This document shows, piece by piece, positions 1 through 8,855 of a stretch of 64,000 nt of DNA. This stretch comes from an uncultured virus (IMG/VR IMGVR_UViG_3300012012_001842). Lineage: Duplodnaviria; Heunggongvirae; Uroviricota; Caudoviricetes. The notes beneath the pieces were generated by a model that saw only the letters and a program-made list of their open reading frames with translations, did not search any database and was not told where the DNA came from. Both the position numbers and the translations under genes were made by a program. The stretch lies in IMG/VR virus record IMGVR_UViG_3300012012_001842, one strand, 5' to 3'. Position 1 is the stretch's first letter, and each line of letters starts with the position of its first letter.

Positions 1-453
1 ATTGTGGACGCAATATGTTCTCCGCAGGAGTTTTACAGATCAGCGGCGAACATACACCTGGAGAACATTCAAGCAACGACGACACCGTTCTACGAGTCCG
101 TGCTGGCAGGGTTGAAGTCAGGACGCATACTCAAGCCAGTGTTCAACAACAACTTCGACGGGATACTGGAAAGTCTGACGTCGGACACGTTCTCACTGCG
201 GAGCCGAGACAGATACCACCACTACGGCGACTACCCGCTACTGAAAACCGCTAAGTCGCTGCTGGTTGTCGGCGCTCACGCCGACCGACGCATGCTGCAG
301 AAACAGTTTATCAATGACATTGGCGGTCCGGTGGTGTATGTAGACCCAGAGGGGTACCAGGGTGGACTGACCTACCCACTGGAGTGTGCTTACGACAACT
401 CGTACCACCTACCAATCACCGCTGGAGAATTTGCCTCGGCGCTGTTGAGTTGA
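1..453 (+). CDS. SIR2/sirtuin-like protein, C-terminal part (5' truncated by window edge)
   Basis: VFNNNFDGILES resembles sirtuin (T/Q)N(F/Y/I)DxL; LLVVG...VVYVDP...ITAGEF resembles the C-terminal Rossmann strands of SIR2-family proteins. Confidence 0.5.
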   Translation: MVDAICSPQEFYRSAANIHLENIQATTTPFYESVLAGLKSGRILKPVFNNNFDGILESLTSDTFSLRSRDRYHHYGDYPLLKTAKSLLVVGAHADRRMLQKQFINDIGGPVVYVDPEGYQGGLTYPLECAYDNSYHLPITAGEFASALLS

Positions 454-531
454 CGGACGGCTTGTTTCTGAACTGGCAGTTCGCAATTCAAAAGCCATTG
501 GACTGTGTCACCTGCTGAACAGGGCGACGAC

Positions 532-1023
532 ATGAGCTACTTCGCTTCCCGCGCCCACTTCAAGTACTACGACCGCGCCTACGGTTTCTGTGTCGGCTTG
601 GCCGATGCAGTCAGCGTGTTGGACGTGGGCTGCAGCGAGGTTCCCTTCGTCCAAAGGCTCGCCTGGATTCCGGACAAGCACTGCCTCGATCTCACCCCGG
701 TCGAGTTCGACGGTGTCACGAGTCACACAGGCGACTTCCTCACCCACGAGTTCGGACGCACGTTCGATCTCGTGCTCTGCATGCAGGTCTTGGAGCACGT
801 CACGCATCCGGTGACCTTCGCAGCCAAACTCTTCTCGCTGGCCAGCAAGCACGTCCTGATCTCTGTTCCGTACAACTGGAAGCGCGGACTGTGCAAGGAG
901 CACGTTCACGATCCGGTGGATGAGGCGAAGCTGAAGCTCTGGACTGGTCGCGACCCGGATCATTCGGAGATCGTCACCGACAAAGGCCGCAAACGACTCG
1001 TGTGCTGGTACGACAAAACCTGA
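532..1023 (+). CDS. Class I SAM-dependent methyltransferase
   Basis: VLDVGC motif I and FDLVLCMQVLEHV motif; ATG at 532 preferred over GTG at 505. Confidence 0.85.
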   Translation: MSYFASRAHFKYYDRAYGFCVGLADAVSVLDVGCSEVPFVQRLAWIPDKHCLDLTPVEFDGVTSHTGDFLTHEFGRTFDLVLCMQVLEHVTHPVTFAAKLFSLASKHVLISVPYNWKRGLCKEHVHDPVDEAKLKLWTGRDPDHSEIVTDKGRKRLVCWYDKT

Positions 1024-1076
1024 AGCGGTATGTTGCCCGCGGGTTTTGTCACCACAACGCACAGGAGTTTTTCACG

Positions 1077-1457
1077 ATGAGAGAGATCCACAGTCACCAG
1101 GTCAGCGGGCTAAATGAGTACCTGCAGATCCAGGCCATTGACGAACCGGGTCCGGGCGGGGCGTGTCACATCTACACGATCGCGAGCAACGAACCTCGTA
1201 ACGAGGAAGACAAGCCGCGCGTGACGTGCTGGATTCAGTTTCAGAAAGGTCCAATCGGCGAGAGCGGTGTGAACGGTGTCAGCATCGAAGCCCTCCTCGC
1301 GATCGCCGCGGACCGATTGGAGTCCTTTCAATCCGGACCCTTTGCTTGCCCTGAGAACCAGGAAGCTCTCAGCGGGATGGAGCAGGTGATGCAGGTGCTG
1401 CACCGCCGTACGCAAGACCGCGTGACCCGATGCGTCGAAGGGACCTTGCAGGTCTAG
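1077..1457 (+). CDS. tad1: Thoeris anti-defence 1 (Tad1) family signal-sponge protein
   Basis: GPGGACHIY, IQFQKGP, GVNGV, DRLESFQSGPFACPEN..AL..E and HRRTQDRVTRCVEGT match recalled Tad1 motifs (GPGGAYHEY, FQKG, DRLKSFQAGPF, NRRVEDRIERNVLG); 126 aa; AGGAG RBS at 1063-1067. Confidence 0.88.
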   Translation: MREIHSHQVSGLNEYLQIQAIDEPGPGGACHIYTIASNEPRNEEDKPRVTCWIQFQKGPIGESGVNGVSIEALLAIAADRLESFQSGPFACPENQEALSGMEQVMQVLHRRTQDRVTRCVEGTLQV

Positions 1458-1458
1458 C

Positions 1459-1487
1459 TTGCGGTGTGTTTTCCAGAACCGTACTAT
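1459..1487 (+). promoter_or_regulatory. Putative sigma70-type promoter
   Basis: TTGCGG (1459-1464), 17-nt spacer, TACTAT (1482-1487), in an intergenic region. Confidence 0.5.
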
Positions 1488-1593
1488 CAAGCCGTCCCGA
1501 TTGAACATCGGAAGGTATTCGCAAGGAGTGTGATTGGCCTTCGGCCGCGTTAGCTAGGGCTGTGCGGTAGGACGCGACGTCGGTTTGCAAATC

Positions 1594-1631
1594 GCTCGGC
1601 TGGTTGATCTGACCAGCCGGGCTTTCTGTTT
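1594..1631 (+). terminator. Intrinsic terminator / attenuator hairpin
   Basis: 12-bp stem GCTCGGCTGGTT-gatct-GACCAGCCGGGC (two G-U pairs) followed by TTTCTGTTT. Confidence 0.65.
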
Positions 1632-1646
1632 GTAAGGGACTACAAC

Positions 1647-3020
1647 GTGCGGATCATTCAGACCGCGAACCCAGCACTTCGCGAGCAGTGGCGAGACACA
1701 CTCGATCACCAACTGTTCGAGGCCAGTCACTGCCACGGGTTGATGTGCAAACGGGCCGACACGCCAGTCACGTCAATGGCCATGACCGGTCAGCTCTACG
1801 CCTCGAAGTCCGGCTGGCTGATGCTCGCTGTCCCCAACGCACTGGTACGCGGGGTGTTTCAAGCCCTGGACGAACCCGGCATCGAACTGCCTCTGGACTC
1901 AGACGGCAATCTGCTGGCGCACATCAGCGTTTGTCGCCCGAGTGAGCTGGCTCAACTCGGCGGAGTGGGGAAGATCACCGAACGAGGTAAGCGGTTCCAC
2001 TACACCGTCGGCGGCCTGAAGACCGTGAAGCCGCTGGGCTGGGAAGGCGTGTCGAAGGTCTGGATGTTGTCCATCTCCTCGCCCGAGCTGTCCGCGTTGC
2101 GCAGGTCTTACGGTTTGCCATCGCTGCCCACGCGGAACGGAGTGGAGCTGCCGTTCCATGCTACCGTAGCCCGGCGGGCTGTGGGGGTACTGGGCCGCAA
2201 CGAGGTCTCGAAGGCCGCCCGTTACATCACGCGTGAAGAACTGCTGACAGCGTCCAAGGACGTACACCCCAGTCCAACGCCAGGTCAGCAGGACGCGGGA
2301 AATTACGCCAAGGGGCACACCCGTCTGCACGGCTACGACATCTCGATCGAGAACGCCAAGGGTGGCAAGCGAAGCGGCATCGATAAGGGCGGGAAGGCGT
2401 GGTCGGTGACGATGAAGTCGCACTACGGTTACATCCGCGGCTCGAAGGCCAAGGACGGAGACCACGTCGACTGCTTCATCGGTGAGCATCCAGAAAGTGA
2501 AGCCATCTTCGTCGTCGATCAACGAGAGCCGGGGACAGGTGCCTTCGATGAGCCGAAGGTATTTTTTGGATTCTTGAACATCCAAGCGGCCAAGCAGGCG
2601 TACCTGGAGAATTACGAGGATGGCTGGAAGGGGCTGATGGCGATCACGCCGATGACCGTCTCGCAGTTCGATTGGTGGCTCGAACACGGCAATCAGAAGA
2701 AGCCTGTCTCGAAGCAGACCTTGAAGACGGCCGCCGACGTAGTGTTTCGTAAATTTTCCGGACGGGACGGCAGAACGTACGAGTACAAAGCCTTGTCAGT
2801 TGATCCAGGTCGCCGAGTAGAAGGCGACCTTGCTGGCGTTGATTGTCCAGAGTGCGGTTCAAACTGGACAAACAACTGCCGCTCGATGGTTGGCGACAAG
2901 CAGTGCCAGGCGTGCGGTAACATCTGGTCGTCAGCACGGAAGACAGCCTCTGCTAGGTCGCTTTCGCAGCTCCCTATGGATAGGCTCACGCCGCATTCAC
3001 TCGCCGCGTTCCTGTCATAA
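1647..3020 (+). CDS. Multidomain (polyvalent) protein: 2H phosphoesterase (Acb1-like fold) + phage InPase (inorganic pyrophosphatase-like) domain + Zn ribbon
   Basis: Two HxS/T motifs (AHISV, FHATV); GNYAKGH..ISIENAKG..RSG..W...M..HYGYI..DGDHVD.FIG..FVVDQ..FDEPKV..GF..AY.ENY..GW matches the polyvalent-protein InPase domain; CPEC...CQAC at the C-terminus. Confidence 0.75.
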   Translation: MRIIQTANPALREQWRDTLDHQLFEASHCHGLMCKRADTPVTSMAMTGQLYASKSGWLMLAVPNALVRGVFQALDEPGIELPLDSDGNLLAHISVCRPSELAQLGGVGKITERGKRFHYTVGGLKTVKPLGWEGVSKVWMLSISSPELSALRRSYGLPSLPTRNGVELPFHATVARRAVGVLGRNEVSKAARYITREELLTASKDVHPSPTPGQQDAGNYAKGHTRLHGYDISIENAKGGKRSGIDKGGKAWSVTMKSHYGYIRGSKAKDGDHVDCFIGEHPESEAIFVVDQREPGTGAFDEPKVFFGFLNIQAAKQAYLENYEDGWKGLMAITPMTVSQFDWWLEHGNQKKPVSKQTLKTAADVVFRKFSGRDGRTYEYKALSVDPGRRVEGDLAGVDCPECGSNWTNNCRSMVGDKQCQACGNIWSSARKTASARSLSQLPMDRLTPHSLAAFLS

Positions 3021-3031
3021 GGCATCCAAGG

Positions 3032-3721
3032 ATGGATCCGAAGCCTCTCGTTTTCTCCTTGCAGCTCACACCGGTCACGCGATTAGAGCGGCTCTCCATC
3101 GAGTCTTTCATTGCTGCCGGGTACGACTACCGGCTCTATGGCTACCTCACGCCCGATCAGCTCGGGGCCATACCGCATCCGGCAACGTACCACGACGCCC
3201 GCGAGATCCTGCCTGTCATGGAAGACACGCACCCGGAAGCCATACTGAACGCTTTTCAGTACGCCCTCATGGCCAAGCACGTCGGAACGTGGGCCGACAC
3301 GGACTATGTGCTGCTGAGGCCACTGCCTACCACGGAACTGCTAGGAGTCCGCGTGGATGCTGGCCTGTTCCCGCGATTGCTCCGACTGCCACCGGAGGTT
3401 GTCGAGTTCTACCGCCTGGACAAGTTCGCCCTGAAGTACATCGACCTGAAGGATCCTCGCGAACGGGTGGCGGCGAAGATGTCCCTCTCGTGGCCTCGTG
3501 AGTCGCAGGATTCGTTGCTCTCCAGTCAGGACGGCTGCCCGCTGCCAGCAAAACAACTTGGACTGCTGTTCGATCCTGGTTGTGTGGCTGACCTGTTCCC
3601 GAAGTCGACGTACGGAATCTGCCTGTGGCGCGAAGCCTGGGGTTGGCTGGATCGCCATCCGTCGTCCCGGTTCAACATCCACTCAGCCTACGAGATGTTG
3701 TGGCGGAAGCACTTCTCCTGA
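3032..3721 (+). CDS. DxD glycosyltransferase (GT32 / alpha-1,4-GT-like)
   Basis: ERLSIESF...YRLYGY, DAREILP, FQYALM...GTWADTDYVLLRPL. Confidence 0.7.
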   Translation: MDPKPLVFSLQLTPVTRLERLSIESFIAAGYDYRLYGYLTPDQLGAIPHPATYHDAREILPVMEDTHPEAILNAFQYALMAKHVGTWADTDYVLLRPLPTTELLGVRVDAGLFPRLLRLPPEVVEFYRLDKFALKYIDLKDPRERVAAKMSLSWPRESQDSLLSSQDGCPLPAKQLGLLFDPGCVADLFPKSTYGICLWREAWGWLDRHPSSRFNIHSAYEMLWRKHFS

Positions 3722-3811
3722 ACTAAATTTGACGCTGTTTTGCGTCACTACTCTTTGATAACGGTATGCCGTTGGACGAAAACCGATTGGAGTCGGCCTA
3801 TGCTGGACAAT

Positions 3812-3851
3812 AGAGACAGCAGCCCCGCAAGGGGCGGTTGGTCTTTTCTTT
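3812..3851 (+). terminator. Intrinsic terminator-like hairpin with GNRA loop
   Basis: GCCCC-GCAA-GGGGC core with extended imperfect stem, followed by TTTTCTTT. Confidence 0.55.
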
Positions 3852-3893
3852 AGCTATCGCAGCTCTGTACCTTGTGGCACACAGGAGCAGACA

Positions 3894-4919
3894 ATGTGGT
3901 GCGATCTTTCAATCGACATTCAGAAACGCGTAGCCGACCTGGCTCCGTTTTACCGGGCGGTCAAACGGGCCTCAGTGAACGCTGAGTTCGTAGCCATTGA
4001 CGAAGATCGCAACGTGTACGCGATCGGCGACATCGACCTGCCTGGCATCAAAGTCCACCGCGAGATCCCCACGCACCCAGTTGTGCTGGTGAAGCGATCT
4101 GGCTGGAAGATCAAGGACATCACCCAGCCGGCAGTGTCCGGCTTCAACCTGGCCCAGCGAGCTGTCGGCGGTCCGAACGCCTTGTCCACCACGTTGGTCG
4201 GTGGCGCGCTCGGCGGTCTTGGCGGGTACGGTTTGGGCTACCTGTACGACAAGACGGTCCCGAGAACACTGAAGCGGCTGGTCGGGAAGAATACCCGGTC
4301 CCTGGTCGGCAGGGACGGTCGGCCGGTCGTCGACGAGATGGACGACGTCATCGACGAGAACGGATCGAACATGGCGGCTGTGCTGGGGACGCTCGGCGCT
4401 GTCGGCGGTTCCGCCTTCGGGCTGGGTCGGGGTTACACGGCTGCAACGCAGGGTCATTCGATTCTCTCCCCGTACCCCTGGACGAACGCCGACCCGCAAT
4501 TTCAAAAGGCGTCCGAGGCGACAGGTGGCTTGTTCGTCCCGTCCATTCCTGTGGACGCCTTCAATCGAGCCGTGTGGAACAGCACATCGCCGAATCCGTT
4601 CGGTACGAAGGACAGGTTCGGCGACAACGAACAGCAGATGTACACGCCGCCCTTTGTGGCCGCGTCGATGGGTGGGGTGGTGGCGGCCGCCGGGGCTGCT
4701 CGCGGCTCGAACTACGTCTCGCCGTGGGATGTGGCCCAGGTCGTTTCACACGCTGGCATCAACGCCGGGCTGGGCGGGTTGTCAGGGTCGGCGACTGGCT
4801 TGCTGGCTGGAAAAGTTCTGGGCACTCTTGCGGGATTGACACCAGGAGCACAACAATATCTCCAGCAGACGGGTTTGTGGGCGGGAGCTCTGACAGGTCT
4901 GGCCAAGAGTATCTTCTAG
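3894..4919 (+). CDS. Glycine-zipper protein, putative internal virion/ejection protein
   Basis: GGALGGLGGYGLG and GLGGLSGSATGLLAG zippers; KRAS/KRSG/KAS motifs; AGGAG RBS. Confidence 0.55.
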   Translation: MWCDLSIDIQKRVADLAPFYRAVKRASVNAEFVAIDEDRNVYAIGDIDLPGIKVHREIPTHPVVLVKRSGWKIKDITQPAVSGFNLAQRAVGGPNALSTTLVGGALGGLGGYGLGYLYDKTVPRTLKRLVGKNTRSLVGRDGRPVVDEMDDVIDENGSNMAAVLGTLGAVGGSAFGLGRGYTAATQGHSILSPYPWTNADPQFQKASEATGGLFVPSIPVDAFNRAVWNSTSPNPFGTKDRFGDNEQQMYTPPFVAASMGGVVAAAGAARGSNYVSPWDVAQVVSHAGINAGLGGLSGSATGLLAGKVLGTLAGLTPGAQQYLQQTGLWAGALTGLAKSIF

Positions 4920-4963
4920 GGAACGCAGATGTACGAACTCAATCAAAACAAGAAAGACGACCA

Positions 4964-5422
4964 ATGACTGGATCGCCCGCCTTTTCATTTTCCATACGCA
5001 CCGACATGAAGTCCGTCCTCATCGGGGCTGCCGTCGCCATCGGTGGTGCGCTGCTCGCCGCAGCTGGACCGTTCCTTTTGCACCTCGCGTCTGTGGTGCA
5101 GGATCCCTCGTTCGCTGCTAATCTCGGCCAGTTTGGACCGGTGTTGGTGGTGGCTTGCATGTCCGTCATCAACGGCCTGCAGGAGTTCTTCCGGGCTGGA
5201 AAGTTCGGACCGAAGGAGTTGGCGGCCTTCGGTCGAGGTTTGGTCATTGCCGCGGCAGGAGCTGTGCTCACTTACCTGCAGGACGCCATGACCGGCGGTA
5301 GCGCTGGGCAGAGCAATCCTTTGAACGTGGTGGCCTGGACTGTGTTCATCAACGCGCTCCGCAAGTACGTCAGACCCACCGGCGACTACGTTGTAGTGCC
5401 CAACAACCCGCCGACTAATTAG
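4964..5422 (+). CDS. Multi-pass membrane protein, holin-like
   Basis: About four hydrophobic segments with internal two-fold similarity (G.xxA.xGA.L...V.IN.L); ATG at 4964. Confidence 0.55.
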   Translation: MTGSPAFSFSIRTDMKSVLIGAAVAIGGALLAAAGPFLLHLASVVQDPSFAANLGQFGPVLVVACMSVINGLQEFFRAGKFGPKELAAFGRGLVIAAAGAVLTYLQDAMTGGSAGQSNPLNVVAWTVFINALRKYVRPTGDYVVVPNNPPTN

Positions 5423-5432
5423 GACCACGATT

Positions 5433-5879
5433 ATGCCAGCCGCAAAGCTCTTTCTGATTGCCGGATCCGCCACCACTGGACTCGGGGCGCTGGCGATGCT
5501 GGCCAACCTGCAGGCTGGCACACTGACCAACCAGAGCAACCTGATGGCTGTGATCGCCCTAACTACGCTCGGGGCAGCGGCCTTGAGCGTGGGCTTCCTG
5601 CTGCCGATGTTTACTGGCGACGGATCCGGACCGCCAGCGGTGCCGCAGACGCTGCCGGCCACCGACCTGGCCGCCGACAAGACAGGCCGGTTTGTCTTGA
5701 TGTCTGTCGAACAGCGAGACCTGGACGCTCTGCACCATCTGTCTTCCAGGGCAGCAAAGTGCAGAGACAAGGAATTGCGAACCAAGATGTTGGACCACTG
5801 TCGCCACATCGGCGACTGCGTTTTCACGATGCACCACGGCAGGGAGGCCGCGTCCGATGAGAGTTCAATTGCGTCATAG
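5433..5879 (+). CDS. Membrane protein (two N-terminal TM segments)
   Basis: Two hydrophobic stretches followed by a soluble domain; 3' end overlaps the next lipoprotein gene. Confidence 0.6.
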   Translation: MPAAKLFLIAGSATTGLGALAMLANLQAGTLTNQSNLMAVIALTTLGAAALSVGFLLPMFTGDGSGPPAVPQTLPATDLAADKTGRFVLMSVEQRDLDALHHLSSRAAKCRDKELRTKMLDHCRHIGDCVFTMHHGREAASDESSIAS

Positions 5880-6348
5880 CCTGTGTTGGTTGCTGTTGCT
5901 GGTCAGCCTACCTGGCTGCGCCTTGCTGTTTCCGCCAAGCAACAAGCCGGTCGATCCGGACAAGCCGGATGTTGTCGTTCCTGACGACAAAGATCCGGAC
6001 GTTGGCATTGTCGACGAGTTCAAGGTCAGAGCTGGAACGAAGGCAGCCGTCAAAGGCATCCCAGCCGACAAGATTCTCGTGCTGTACGGGGCTTGTGATG
6101 CGATGGCTGACTTTGTCAGTCTGAGCCGCGGCAACCTCGAAACCACGCACGACGTCGTCACTCTGCTCGGCAACGCGATGGACAACCTCGGTTGGACAAA
6201 GGGTGCGTATCCAGCCTGGAACGCAGAACTCGATCGTGCGTGGGCGGCTTACAAGTTCGACGACGCCACGCCGGTCAACGAGCACAGGAACGAGATCGCA
6301 GGTGTGCTGCGTCTGCTGGCCTTGGGTTGCAAGGATGCCTTGAAGTGA
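5857..6348 (+). CDS. Lipoprotein
   Basis: Signal peptide with lipobox-like LLLLVSLPG-C, followed by a Pro/Asp-rich linker. Confidence 0.65.
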   Translation: MRVQLRHSLCWLLLLVSLPGCALLFPPSNKPVDPDKPDVVVPDDKDPDVGIVDEFKVRAGTKAAVKGIPADKILVLYGACDAMADFVSLSRGNLETTHDVVTLLGNAMDNLGWTKGAYPAWNAELDRAWAAYKFDDATPVNEHRNEIAGVLRLLALGCKDALK

Positions 6349-6362
6349 AGGGAGGTGATCTG

Positions 6363-6911
6363 ATGTTGCGAAGGTCGTTTCTTCAATACGCCGCTTCGAT
6401 TCTGGCGGGTACTCAGATTCTGCTGCAGACGATTGCGACGGAGCCGGAACTAAGATTCATCGCGACTGTGCCGGGCAGCGACGAAGGTCCGAAGCCGGGC
6501 TGCCTGGGTATGCAGTTCACTTTTCAAGAGTTAGAGGCCACGGACGGATCTCCAGAGCCGATATGCTGTGTCGTAGGGTGCCGTGACGATGTGTCTCGTT
6601 TCTTGCGTCTGGTCATTGACGCCAGGGTCAAGATCACCGGCAAGCCAGGCTATCCGTACAGTGACAGTGACATCGAAAACATGGCGACCGAGTCGTTTAG
6701 AGTGTCGGGTTTCTTTATCGTGCGCGAGCAGTCTGATATTGCCGCGTTTGAACAGGCGATAGCCAAATGGCCTGCATCAATCGTCGTGCGGTCGTCGGAC
6801 GAATCGCAAATTGATCGTTTGAGTCGGTTGCGAGGCAGCTCGCGTTTGAACAGATCTAACTTCGTCAGCCTAAACAATACGAAGTCACAACACTTGTTGC
6901 TGTCGGACTGA
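6363..6911 (+). CDS. Hypothetical protein with twin-arginine-like N-terminus
   Basis: MLRRSFLQYAASILAG; GGAGGTG RBS before ATG 6363. Confidence 0.55.
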   Translation: MLRRSFLQYAASILAGTQILLQTIATEPELRFIATVPGSDEGPKPGCLGMQFTFQELEATDGSPEPICCVVGCRDDVSRFLRLVIDARVKITGKPGYPYSDSDIENMATESFRVSGFFIVREQSDIAAFEQAIAKWPASIVVRSSDESQIDRLSRLRGSSRLNRSNFVSLNNTKSQHLLLSD

Positions 6912-6941
6912 CGATCAGCAAAACCAGGGAGGGTTTTTCGC

Positions 6942-7856
6942 ATGGCTGACTTCACCGATCTTTGTGGCTGGCACGATGACCAGAAGGCGGTCGAGGCCGT
7001 CATGGCGCGGCAGCAGTTCCCGCTGTTCGGCCCGGCAGCTGTGACGTCGCAGGCCAAAGGTGGCGGGCGCGGCAAGCGCGAGCTGCTGTACAAGTTCGTC
7101 GAGAAGGCCAACGGCGGCAAGTTCAACACCAGGCTGCAGACGATTGGCGACTGCGTCGGACAAGGCGCGGGCGGAGCTGTAGACGTGCTGCGCGCGATCC
7201 AGGTCTGCAACGGCAAGGGTTCTTGGGTGGCTGAGACGGCCACCGAGCCAATCTACGCCGTCAGCCGTGTCGAGATCGGCAAGGGGCAACTCGGTAACAG
7301 CGACGGCTCCGTCGGTGCATGGGCTGCCGAAGGCGTTAAGAAGTTCGGGACTCTCGTTCGCAAGAAGTACGGGAAGTACGACCTCACCAAGTACAGCGGC
7401 GCGCTGGCCAAGCAATGGGGCGCGAGAGGCGCTGGCCTGCCGGACGATCTCGAACCGGAGGCCGCTCAGCATCTCGTCGAGACCGTGTCGCTCGTGACGA
7501 CCTGGGAGGAACTGTGCGACGCCGTCGCGGCCGGTTACCCGGTCACGATCGCATCGACGCAAGGGTTCAGCAATGTGCGAGATTCCCAAGGCTTCCTCAA
7601 GCCGCAAGGGAGCTGGCCGCACCAGATGGTCGTGATGGGCACCGACGACTTGTCGCCTCGCCCCGGCGCGTGCATCATCAACAGCTGGGGGCCGGATTGG
7701 GTCACAGGACCGAAACAGTTCGAGCAGCCAGATGGTTCGTTCTGGTGCGACGCTGACGTGATCGAGAAGCGAATTCTCAGTGCTCAGGACAGCTGGGCCT
7801 ACAGCGAGTACAAAGGCTTCCCACCCAAGAAACTCAATCTCGGGAGTGCATTTTGA
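6942..7856 (+). CDS. Papain-like (C1 family) cysteine peptidase
   Basis: QTIGDCV (oxyanion Gln, catalytic Cys), WPHQM (His), INSWG (Asn), GSFW. Confidence 0.85.
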   Translation: MADFTDLCGWHDDQKAVEAVMARQQFPLFGPAAVTSQAKGGGRGKRELLYKFVEKANGGKFNTRLQTIGDCVGQGAGGAVDVLRAIQVCNGKGSWVAETATEPIYAVSRVEIGKGQLGNSDGSVGAWAAEGVKKFGTLVRKKYGKYDLTKYSGALAKQWGARGAGLPDDLEPEAAQHLVETVSLVTTWEELCDAVAAGYPVTIASTQGFSNVRDSQGFLKPQGSWPHQMVVMGTDDLSPRPGACIINSWGPDWVTGPKQFEQPDGSFWCDADVIEKRILSAQDSWAYSEYKGFPPKKLNLGSAF

Positions 7857-8545
7857 CAACTACACTGCTCTGTCTGTGTCTGCTGACCGCCTCGCCGCTC
7901 GAACTGGTCAAGGCCAAGTGCATGGCCGCCATCGCCATTACGGCGGCGTCAGCTCAGCCCGACGACGGTCAGCCTCGCCCCGACGTGCCGAAGCCGGACG
8001 ACGTCGCGCCACCGGACAACAAGCCGCACGACGCCACCTGTAAGTGCGGCGGCACCGGCAAGCTGCGGACAGGCGACGGGCTGAGCGAGTTCCCGTGTCC
8101 GTGCGACGCGCGGTGCAAATGCAAACGCCGCGGAGCCGCAGCGGCGGAAGCCCAGCGAGGCAAGCCGCGACAGGTGGTCGTGCTGACAGCCAGTTGGTGT
8201 CTGCCGTGCCGGCCGGTCAAGGAGACGGTCAAGAAGCTCAAGGACGCGGGTTGGGATGTGTCCGACACCGACACAGCTCAAATCCGTCTGGTCGATCCGG
8301 ATATGCAGCCAGCGCTGGCCCAGTCGCTCGGTGTCGAAGCCGTTCCCACGGTGTTGGTGCTGCAGGACGGCAAGGTCGTTTCGCGGCTGACCGGTTTGGC
8401 GGCTTCGTCGTTGACGACGTTCGCCATCGGCGACATGTACACCGGCAAAGTGACGCCGACGACGGCCCCGCCTGCTGTTCAGCCACAGCAGACTTGGATG
8501 TACCAGCTACCCACCAAATCGCAGAGGCAGCAACGTGTCCGATAA
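7853..8545 (+). CDS. Exported thioredoxin-fold protein with Cys-rich linker
   Basis: Signal-like N-terminus; CKCGGTG..CPC..C.C; TASWCLPCRP active site; GVEAVPT cis-Pro motif. Confidence 0.8.
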   Translation: MTTTLLCLCLLTASPLELVKAKCMAAIAITAASAQPDDGQPRPDVPKPDDVAPPDNKPHDATCKCGGTGKLRTGDGLSEFPCPCDARCKCKRRGAAAAEAQRGKPRQVVVLTASWCLPCRPVKETVKKLKDAGWDVSDTDTAQIRLVDPDMQPALAQSLGVEAVPTVLVLQDGKVVSRLTGLAASSLTTFAIGDMYTGKVTPTTAPPAVQPQQTWMYQLPTKSQRQQRVR

Positions 8546-8855
8546 ACAGCAAGTCTGGTCAGCTGGTCCGACACTCACCGGGCTTCGACCGGTGTTCGCG
8601 AAGATTCGCGAGTTTCTGCGCGGACGACTGCCGGTGCAGGACGGTGTCGCGATCGAATCCGGCAAACGAATCGCCTTCCGGGGTTTCCTGGTGGGCGACA
8701 CGATTCGCATCGAGTTCGACAGTCCGCAGCCGGTGGCTGACGTCACTTACCTGATGCGGTTCAAGAAACCGATCGTCGGCGCCAACATTACCGACGAGAA
8801 GATCACGATCGAAATTGCCGGCCTGCCCGATCCAACCTTTGAGGTGCTGTCGTGA
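8535..8855 (+). CDS. Hypothetical protein
   Basis: ORF coupled to neighbours. Confidence 0.55.
   Translation: MSDKQQVWSAGPTLTGLRPVFAKIREFLRGRLPVQDGVAIESGKRIAFRGFLVGDTIRIEFDSPQPVADVTYLMRFKKPIVGANITDEKITIEIAGLPDPTFEVLS

Noticed and set aside
1545..1622. tRNA-Cys-like element (TTGCAAA loop)
   Set aside because: No 7-nt anticodon loop on a 5-bp stem, no TTC T-arm, no acceptor stem.
3755..3800. Hammerhead ribozyme or c-di-GMP-I riboswitch (GGACGAAAAC)
   Set aside because: Lacks the CUGANGA core and the c-di-GMP-I P2/P3 consensus.
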